5,481 bases of DNA, from positions 1-5,481 of the IMG/VR virus record IMGVR_UViG_3300045988_000486; one strand, given 5' to 3'. Origin of the DNA: a virus. The position numbers were made by a program, and so were the translations under genes. Positions 1-4,421 of this stretch are shown here, one piece after another. The notes under the pieces are model-generated. The model saw only the letters and a program-made list of their open reading frames with translations, did no database searches and had not been told where the DNA came from. How positions within the stretch are numbered: position 1 is the stretch's first letter; every line of letters starts with the position of its first letter.

Positions 1-40
1 AAAGAAACAGAGGTTTAGAAAAGCCAGAGGGCTATTATAG
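1..40 (+). CDS. VP4: Partial 3' end of replication initiator VP4 (duplicate of 5405-5444)
   Basis: Codons from position 2 read KKQRFRKARGLL then TAG (38-40). This is identical to the C-terminus of the 4422-5444 ORF. Confidence 0.9.
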   Translation, partial: KKQRFRKARGLL

Positions 41-77
41 TGTCAGTGGGCCTAATCCTATCAAGAAGAGGATTAGG
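1..77. repeat. Terminal direct repeat, copy 1 (identical to 5405-5481); circular-assembly overlap
   Basis: Hand comparison shows bases 1-77 are identical to 5405-5481. This implies a circular unit of 5404 nt. 77 nt is a common de Bruijn k-mer length. The repeat boundary cuts through the VP4 3' end and through a hairpin, which argues against a biological terminus. Confidence 0.95.
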
Positions 78-82
78 CCCAC
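46..82 (+). other. Perfect 14-bp stem / 9-nt loop hairpin, starting 6 nt after the VP4 stop
   Basis: GTGGGCCTAATCCT (46-59) is the exact reverse complement of AGGATTAGGCCCAC (69-82). The loop is ATCAAGAAG (60-68). No T-run follows (ACCAAAGCTTCAC). Confidence 0.85.
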
Positions 83-125
83 ACCAAAGCTTCACAGTTA
101 TCCATGGTTAACTTAAATAATCTGA

Positions 126-151
126 CAAGGGGGGACAAAAGTCCCCCCTTG
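126..151 (+). other. G/C-rich hairpin, 11-bp perfect stem with AAAA loop
   Basis: CAAGGGGGGAC (126-136) pairs perfectly with GTCCCCCCTTG (141-151). The loop is AAAA (137-140). Confidence 0.8.
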
Positions 152-154
152 CGT

Positions 155-174
155 GTACGCCCCCAAGGGGCTAC
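155..174 (+). other. Short G/C hairpin (8 bp with one bulge, 3-nt loop)
   Basis: GTA(155-157)/TAC(172-174) and GCCCC(159-163)/GGGGC(167-171) pair. C158 is bulged and the loop is CAA (164-166). It sits directly 3' of the 126-151 hairpin. Confidence 0.55.
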
Positions 175-204
175 CGCAGGAGAACGGAGTTACGAGCTGT
201 AACA

Positions 205-262
205 TACAGGCATACGCGCACGCGCGAAACACGCACGCACGCACGCCTGTATTTTTTATTTT
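205..262 (+). terminator. Candidate factor-independent terminator: closing stem around a repeat-rich interior, then T6-A-T4
   Basis: TACAGGC (205-211) pairs with GCCTGTA (245-251), a 7-bp stem. It is followed immediately by TTTTTTATTTT (252-262). The 33-nt interior (212-244) is larger than in canonical terminators, so this is tentative. Confidence 0.4.
210..246. repeat. Two alternating purine-pyrimidine tracts, including tetranucleotide repeat C(ACGC)4
   Basis: GCATACGCGCACGCGCG (210-226, 17 nt) and CACGCACGCACGCACGC (230-246, 17 nt) strictly alternate purine and pyrimidine. They are separated by AAA. A further 10-nt alternating tract, GCGTGTACGC, lies at 151-160. Confidence 0.85.
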
Positions 263-306
263 ATAATATAACTTGTTGTAGCCGTAGTAGTAGGGGCTGT
301 GGAAAA

Positions 307-471
307 GTTGAAAACCATAAATTTGAAACATAACATCGTAAAAAATAAGCATATTTCATTGTTGAAAGATTTGTTGAAAACTTGTTGAAATGTTGAAACA
401 CTTTACCAAACTAAAATCTATTGCGTATAATGATGTTGAAAAGTATGTGGAAAATGTTAAAAGCGTTGAAA
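307..471 (+). repeat. Iteron-like array of same-orientation (T)GTTGAAA repeats
   Basis: Exact GTTGAAA occurs at 307-313, 361-367, 373-379, 384-390, 392-398, 435-441 and 465-471. One-mismatch copies are at 322-328 (TTTGAAA), 447-453 (GTGGAAA), 456-462 (GTTAAAA), 494-500 (GTTGATT) and 692-698 (ATTGAAA). An inverted copy, GTTTCAAA, is at 583-590. Confidence 0.9.
402..431 (+). promoter_or_regulatory. Candidate sigma70-type promoter inside the repeat array
   Basis: There is a perfect -10 box TATAAT at 426-431. The -35 candidates are TTTACC (402-407, 18-nt spacer) or TTACCA (403-408, 17-nt spacer), each 4/6 to TTGACA. No gene follows directly, so its function is unclear. Confidence 0.3.
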
Positions 472-596
472 ACTCGCACAGCGAGCAAGGAAAGTTGATT
501 TAGCTGAGCTCCGCCATAGCTCCGCACAGCAAACGCTTGCGCGTAGCAGAATAAAGGAGCAGGGGCAGCAGCTGAAGAAAAAGTTTCAAAAACCTC

Positions 597-625
597 TTAA
601 CGAAATAGAGAAAGTATGCTATAAT
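597..625 (+). promoter_or_regulatory. Candidate sigma70-type promoter with extended -10, upstream of the gene array
   Basis: TGcTATAAT at 617-625 is an extended -10 with a perfect hexamer at 620-625. TTAACG at 597-602 is 4/6 to TTGACA with a 17-nt spacer. It would give a 5' UTR of roughly 85 nt before the first ORF at 717. Confidence 0.45.
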
Positions 626-716
626 GCAAAATAGAAAGGGTACCACTGGAAACGGATGGTTCGAAAGAATATCGTGAAACCCAAACAGAACATTGAAAAA
701 AGAATAGGAGCGCAGA

Positions 717-923
717 ATGTACGATAGAGCATATTATGAGCTGTATAAAGGATACAGAGGGCCGGAAACACCGGACGAATGTGAATACTTCATCCGAAAG
801 CTTTACAGACAGCTTAAAAAAGCGTATACTGTAGAAGAGGCGAAAGCCATCATCGAAGAAATCTACAAATACAGGAGCCAAAAGGCAGAAATGGAGTTGA
901 AACAGTGGCAATCATCAGTGTGA
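717..923 (+). CDS. Hypothetical small protein (68 aa, tyrosine-rich, predicted helical); no family recognised
   Basis: The ATG is preceded by AGGAG (706-710) with 6-nt spacing. It is the first ORF downstream of the extended -10 promoter. It is on the same strand and contiguous with the phage gene array. It has 10 Tyr in 68 residues. Confidence 0.55.
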   Translation: MYDRAYYELYKGYRGPETPDECEYFIRKLYRQLKKAYTVEEAKAIIEEIYKYRSQKAEMELKQWQSSV

Positions 924-1048
924 AGAGTATCGAGAAAGCCATCAAAATCATGATGGACATTCTCGAGAAGCTGGACGAAATTTATCACGCGCTGCACGAC
1001 AAGGAGGATGACAGCAATGGCAAAACGCACGAAGATGACCAGCAGTAA
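920..1048 (+). CDS. Possible small ORF (42 aa from GTG 920, or 32 aa from ATG 950); amphipathic N-terminus, acidic C-terminus
   Basis: GTG 920-922 overlaps the TGA 921-923 of the upstream ORF (GTGA), which suggests translational coupling. It translates as VKSIEKAIKIMMDILEKLDEIYHALHDKEDDSNGKTHEDDQQ. There is no clear Shine-Dalgarno site. Its 3' end overlaps the next ORF by 32 nt in another frame. Confidence 0.3.
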   Translation: MKSIEKAIKIMMDILEKLDEIYHALHDKEDDSNGKTHEDDQQ

Positions 1049-1136
1049 AGACAAAAAGGTCTTTACCCAGACGGCAAAAAAGACAAAAGCCGTCAACGTC
1101 AGCCCGAAGAACATGAGAGGAGGCACCAGACTGTAA
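1017..1136 (+). CDS. Small highly basic DNA-binding/packaging peptide (phiX174 J-like, gokushovirus VP8-like), 39 aa
   Basis: AGGAGG (1002-1007) lies 9 nt upstream of the ATG. The product is MAKRTKMTSSKDKKVFTQTAKKTKAVNVSPKNMRGGTRL, with 12 of 39 residues K or R. The KKxF..TA.KTK...N...P..MRGG.RL pattern ending in RGGxRL is typical of microvirus small basic proteins. An in-frame ATG at 1008 abuts the SD and is less likely. Confidence 0.8.
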   Translation: MAKRTKMTSSKDKKVFTQTAKKTKAVNVSPKNMRGGTRL

Positions 1137-1378
1137 TGCTGAGACATTATTATGCAATCTATGACAAGGTGGCCAAGACCTTCAGCGGCCTTTTCGAGCA
1201 GCAGAACGATGCAGTTGCAAGCAGGCTCTTCGAAAGCCAGCAGAAGAACAAGGACAGCTTTATCAGCGTCAAGCCGGAAGACTTCCGGCTGCACTACATC
1301 TGCACCATGGAGGACGAGACCGGCGAAATCGTCGATAACGTCAACACGTGCGTATGTGAGGGCAAGCCCAATGAGTGA
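1136..1378 (+). CDS. VP5: VP5-like non-structural protein (80 aa), thought analogous to phiX174 protein C
   Basis: The ATG overlaps the upstream TAA (TAATG), and GAGGAGG (1117-1123) lies upstream. The pattern YAIYDKVAKTF...ND.VA.R.F....PEDF.L..I....DETGEI resembles the conserved small protein encoded just before VP3 in gokushovirus-like genomes. The size and position fit. Confidence 0.7.
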   Translation: MLRHYYAIYDKVAKTFSGLFEQQNDAVASRLFESQQKNKDSFISVKPEDFRLHYICTMEDETGEIVDNVNTCVCEGKPNE

Positions 1379-1847
1379 GTTTCGGAGCGCGTACAGCGGA
1401 CAGGTAAGACATACGAGCCTGACCGGCAACGGCCGTGAACCTGAGTATGAGTACAAGGTAACGGAAGAAGGCCGGGAGCTGGTAAAAACCGGCGAAACAG
1501 ACGTCTATGCACTCATCCAGAGCCGTCTGGATGAAACCAAAATCGAAAACATCATCAAGCGGGCAACGTATGACCCGACTGCACTGGGCAGTCAGGACTG
1601 GCAGACCAGCGAGACGATGACCGATATTTCGGACGCACCGACGAACTACCACGAGTGGTATGGACGCATCAAGGACGCGGAAGCAGAGTTTGACAAGCTG
1701 CCCATCGAAGTCAAAAACAAGTGGGACAACGATGTAGAAAAATACATCATGGCCTATGGAACCCAAGAGTGGGCAGACAAAATGGGCATAGCAAAACAGA
1801 AAGCCGAAGCAGAAAAACCGGCTGAAAAAAGTGAGGTGAAAGAATGA
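1371..1847 (+). CDS. VP3: Internal scaffolding protein VP3 (158 aa)
   Basis: ATG 1371 is preceded by GAGGG (1358-1362). The stop overlaps the VP1 start (ATGA). The length, the position just before VP1 and the C-terminal pattern D.SD.P......A..EFDKLP.EVKNKWDND match gokushovirus VP3. The track ORF's ATG at 1152 is in-frame but would overlap the entire VP5-like gene. Confidence 0.85.
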   Translation: MSEFRSAYSGQVRHTSLTGNGREPEYEYKVTEEGRELVKTGETDVYALIQSRLDETKIENIIKRATYDPTALGSQDWQTSETMTDISDAPTNYHEWYGRIKDAEAEFDKLPIEVKNKWDNDVEKYIMAYGTQEWADKMGIAKQKAEAEKPAEKSEVKE

Positions 1848-3460
1848 ACCGCAACAGTGAATACAACTTTGCACAAAATCCGCAAGTCGGAGTAAGCCGC
1901 AGCCGATTCCAGCGCAACAGCGACAACAAAACGACCTTCAACACGGGCGACCTCATCCCAATCTATCTGGATGAGGTGTTACCGGGTGATACGCACCAAA
2001 TCGACGTTGCCTGTGTCATGCGAATGGCGACACCCATCTTCCCGGTAATGGACAACGCCTATTGCGACTTCTACTTTTTCTTTGTGCCGGACCGCTTGCT
2101 CTGGGAGCACTGGAAAGAGTTTATGGGTGAAAACAAGGAAACCGCATGGACACCTAAGACGGAGTACAGTGTGCCGCAAGTAACGGCACCGAAAGGCGGA
2201 TGGGAAGAAGGTACGCTGGCGGACTATCTGGGACTGCCTACCAAGGTCGAGGGCATCAGCGTAAGCGCTCTGCCCGGCCGAGCATACGGCCTAATCTACA
2301 ACGAGTGGTTTCGAAACCAGAACGTCACGCAGCCGACGCTCGTAGAAGTAACGGATGCGACCACGACCGGCAAAAACGATGGCAGCGCTACCAACGACAG
2401 TGCTATCACGTTGGCAAAACCTCTCAAGGCGGCGAAGGTGTTTGACTACTACACCGGAGCTTTGCCGGAACCGCAGAAAGGCGAACCAATTACAATTCCA
2501 TTGGCCGGAGACGCGCCAATCGTCGGCAAAAACGTCAATGATGGGGAAAACATCGAATACTCCCTACGGGTCGTTGACGGAGGAAATGTACGGGTGTCGG
2601 ATTTTTACATAAACGCACCGGACATAAAGTTCCCGAACGGCAGCACACGAGTACAGGACGAAAGCCAAAACGCATTCCTGTACGCAGACCTTGGCGGCGT
2701 CACGGCGGCGACCATCAACCAGCTCCGGCAGGCTTTCCAGATTCAGAAACTGCTCGAAAAAGATGCACGAGGCGGCACGAGATACCGCGAAGTATTGCGC
2801 GAACACTTCGGGGTTATCTCTCCTGACTCTCGTATGCAGATTCCGGAATATCTGGGCGGCTACAGACTGCCTATCAATGTATCTCAGGTTATCCAGACCT
2901 CTTCGACCGACGGCACGAGTCCGCTGGGCAACACAGCGGCGTTGAGTGTTACCACGATGAACAAACCTATGTTTACCAAGTCCTTTACGGAACACGGATT
3001 TATCATGGGACTCGCAGTGGTACGAACCGACCAAACCTATCAGCAGGGTATCGAGCGCATGTGGAGCCGCAAAGGCCGGTATGATTACTACTGGCCGGTA
3101 CTAGCAAACATCGGCGAGCAAGCCATCCTCAACAAAGAAATCTATGCACAGGGCAACGCAAAGGACGATGAAGCATTCGGCTATCAGGAAGCATGGGCCG
3201 ACTACAGGTACAAGCCCAGCAAAGTAACTGGGCTTTTCCGAAGCAACGCAGCACAGAGCCTCGATGCATGGCACTATGCACAGGACTACGACGCACTGCC
3301 TACTCTGAGCACGGCTTGGATGGAGCAGACCGACAGCGAAATGAAGAGAACACTGGCAGTGCAGAATCAGCCAGACTTCATCGCGGACTTCTACTTTATG
3401 AACAAAACAACCAGATGCATGCCGGTGTACAGCATTCCCGGCCTCATCGACCATCACTAA
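1844..3460 (+). CDS. VP1: Major capsid protein VP1 (phiX174 F-like jelly-roll), 538 aa
   Basis: The N-terminus has SRSRFQRNSDNKTTFNTGDLIPIYLDEVLPGDT, and the core has ARGGTRYREVLREHFGVISPDSRMQIPEYLGG. Both are hallmark Microviridae F/VP1 motifs. GAGGTG (1833-1838) lies 5 nt before the ATG. Confidence 0.97.
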   Translation: MNRNSEYNFAQNPQVGVSRSRFQRNSDNKTTFNTGDLIPIYLDEVLPGDTHQIDVACVMRMATPIFPVMDNAYCDFYFFFVPDRLLWEHWKEFMGENKETAWTPKTEYSVPQVTAPKGGWEEGTLADYLGLPTKVEGISVSALPGRAYGLIYNEWFRNQNVTQPTLVEVTDATTTGKNDGSATNDSAITLAKPLKAAKVFDYYTGALPEPQKGEPITIPLAGDAPIVGKNVNDGENIEYSLRVVDGGNVRVSDFYINAPDIKFPNGSTRVQDESQNAFLYADLGGVTAATINQLRQAFQIQKLLEKDARGGTRYREVLREHFGVISPDSRMQIPEYLGGYRLPINVSQVIQTSSTDGTSPLGNTAALSVTTMNKPMFTKSFTEHGFIMGLAVVRTDQTYQQGIERMWSRKGRYDYYWPVLANIGEQAILNKEIYAQGNAKDDEAFGYQEAWADYRYKPSKVTGLFRSNAAQSLDAWHYAQDYDALPTLSTAWMEQTDSEMKRTLAVQNQPDFIADFYFMNKTTRCMPVYSIPGLIDHH

Positions 3461-3534
3461 ATTGGGCAAAACGCCGAAAACAGGCGTGGCAGCACAACAC
3501 CCAGATACAGCAATATAACCAAAAGAAAGGAGAC

Positions 3535-3562
3535 AGCCGGGGACAAAACCCCGGCTATTTTT
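3535..3562 (+). terminator. Hairpin plus T5 between VP1 and VP2; candidate partial terminator or attenuator
   Basis: AGCCGGGG (3535-3542) pairs perfectly with CCCCGGCT (3549-3556). The loop is ACAAAA, followed by ATTTTTG (T5 at 3558-3562). It lies 75 nt after the VP1 stop and 5 nt before the VP2 start region. Confidence 0.55.
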
Positions 3563-3566
3563 GAAA

Positions 3567-4421
3567 ATGGCAATACCAGCCTTTTTAGGAGCCTTATCAA
3601 CAGGCGCAAAAATCTTAGGCGGCGTGAGCGGCCTGATAAACGCCGGAACCGGCATATTTAACGCGCTCAAAGGCACGTCGGGCAGCGGCAGCACCTCAGC
3701 TGACAGTTACAACAGAGCGCACGGCGAAGGCGGCTCTAGCATGACCAGCGAAAGCGGAGTAAACATGGACCAGACAAAAGAGCTGGCAAAATACTTTCTG
3801 GGGCAGAGCCAACAAGCGCAAGGCATGCAGAGCATGCAAAACAACAAAAACTCTCTCATGGCACTGGGCTTAAACACTCTGGGAGCTATCCAGCAGGGCG
3901 TTTACAATCGCATCCAGCAGGACGCAGCAATGTCCTACAACTCCGCAGAGGCAGCAGCTAACAGAGCGTGGCAGGAGCGCATGAGTAACACAAGCTATCA
4001 GAGGGCAATGGCCGACATGAAAAAAGCCGGCTTAAATCCAATACTGGCGTATCAGCAGGGCGGAGCAAGCACACCGGGAGGAGCGCAAGGCACAATCGGG
4101 CAAAGCAGTATGAGCGCGCCGAGTGTCGGAACACAGTCGGCAAGTATGCCGACAATCTCCGGCACAACCGCAAACTACTCGAAAACCAAAGCGGAAAGTT
4201 GGAACTGGACAGACTCAAGCGGAGAGATGCACAGCAGCGGTTACAACAGCTATCAGACGGACTTCCCGGACTTAACCGGATGGCTCAACCAAAACAACAA
4301 CAGCGGCAAAAAAGCCGGGAGCAACACGGTGGACGCGCTAAGCGGAGCTGACCACAAAGCAAAAAGCGGCAAAGTGCCAAATCTTAATCCGATGAACAAA
4401 TATATTAACGGAGGTAAATAA
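3567..4421 (+). CDS. VP2: Minor capsid / DNA pilot protein VP2 (phiX174 H-like), 284 aa
   Basis: It has a hydrophobic Gly-rich N-terminus, [29 protein letters not shown]. The signature [26 protein letters not shown] is characteristic of microvirus VP2. The track ORF starts at TTG 3561, but ATG 3567 is preferred. The gene sits between VP1 and VP4. Confidence 0.92.
   Translation: MAIPAFLGALSTGAKILGGVSGLINAGTGIFNALKGTSGSGSTSADSYNRAHGEGGSSMTSESGVNMDQTKELAKYFLGQSQQAQGMQSMQNNKNSLMALGLNTLGAIQQGVYNRIQQDAAMSYNSAEAAANRAWQERMSNTSYQRAMADMKKAGLNPILAYQQGGASTPGGAQGTIGQSSMSAPSVGTQSASMPTISGTTANYSKTKAESWNWTDSSGEMHSSGYNSYQTDFPDLTGWLNQNNNSGKKAGSNTVDALSGADHKAKSGKVPNLNPMNKYINGGK

Noticed and set aside
1-77. The 77-nt repeat at both window ends could be a biological direct terminal repeat or LTR-like element.
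   Set aside because: Microviridae genomes are circular ssDNA. The repeat ends mid-gene and mid-hairpin, and its length equals a common assembler k-mer. A circular-assembly overlap is the simplest explanation.
318-325. TAAATTTG matches the Bacteroidota -7 promoter consensus TAnnTTTG.
   Set aside because: It is a single short match. Strong Shine-Dalgarno sites throughout the genome argue against a Bacteroidota host. It also overlaps a degenerate iteron (TTTGAAA).
113-352. A 79-aa minus-strand ORF lies in the non-coding region.
   Set aside because: It has no SD. Its translation runs through the hairpins and the ACGC repeat, giving low-complexity sequence (ACVFRACAYAC). All known microvirus genes are on the viral-sense strand.
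269-384. AACTTG at 269-274 and 379-384 resembles the phiX174 origin core (CAACTTGATATTAATAAC). The reverse complement of the 60-68 hairpin loop contains CTTGAT.
   Set aside because: These are only 6-nt matches, and the flanking AT-rich key sequence is not matched. The loop match is on the non-viral strand. The Bullavirinae origin sequence is not known to be conserved in gokushovirus-like phages.
307-471. The repeat array could be a CRISPR array or tandem satellite.
   Set aside because: The repeats are only 7-9 nt with irregular spacings of 8-54 nt. That is far too short for CRISPR repeats, and they are not head-to-tail tandem units.
390-503. A 37-codon ORF (MLKHFTKLKSIAYNDVEKYVENVKSVENSHSEQGKLI) runs through the 3' half of the iteron array. 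The repeat spacings of 12, 9 and 9 nt keep it in frame, giving VEK/VEN/VKS/VEN.
   Set aside because: It has no SD. The upstream repeats have 11- and 8-nt spacings that are not multiples of 3, so the array as a whole is not a coding repeat. A TGA at 375 closes the frame.
104-634. Other short or start-less open frames lie in the non-coding region. These are ATG 104-202 (32 aa), a 70-codon stop-free frame at 121-330, a 54-codon stop-free frame at 470-631 (KLAQRARKVDLAELRHSSAQQ...), and AGGAG at 555-559 followed only by CTG 572.
   Set aside because: 121-330 and 470-631 contain no in-frame ATG, GTG or TTG. 104-202 has no SD and spans the hairpins. The stop-free runs fall in GC-rich segments where stops are rare by composition. 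Gene remnants are possible but unsupported.
1152-1370. ATG 1152 was considered as the true VP3 start, as in the ORF track.
   Set aside because: It would overlap the whole VP5-like gene and has no SD. ATG 1371 has a GAGGG site 8 nt upstream and gives a typical VP3 length of 158 aa. The open frame is kept as a low-interest finding only.
2200-3564. Alternative-frame + strand ORFs lie inside VP1 (2200-2445, 2355-2612, 2691-2945 and 3193-3564, the last including a 49-aa basic ORF from ATG 3415 that stays open through the VP1-VP2 spacer). Another lies inside VP4 (4586-4816).
   Set aside because: None has an SD or a transmembrane segment that would suggest a phiX174 E-like lysis gene. They are Arg/Ser/Gln-rich off-frame sequences with no recognisable motif. 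They cannot be excluded without synonymous-constraint analysis.
597-3694. Several long minus-strand ORFs exist: 597-911, 863-1456, 948-1157, 1294-1512, 1341-1874, 1747-1956, 1979-2179, 2564-3034 and 3101-3694. Further ones lie at 3958-4218, 4253-4522 and 5180-5374.
   Set aside because: They are antisense shadows of purine/A-rich + strand genes. Their products are hydrophobic low-complexity sequences with no RBS support. They overlap well-supported genes, and Microviridae transcription is unidirectional.
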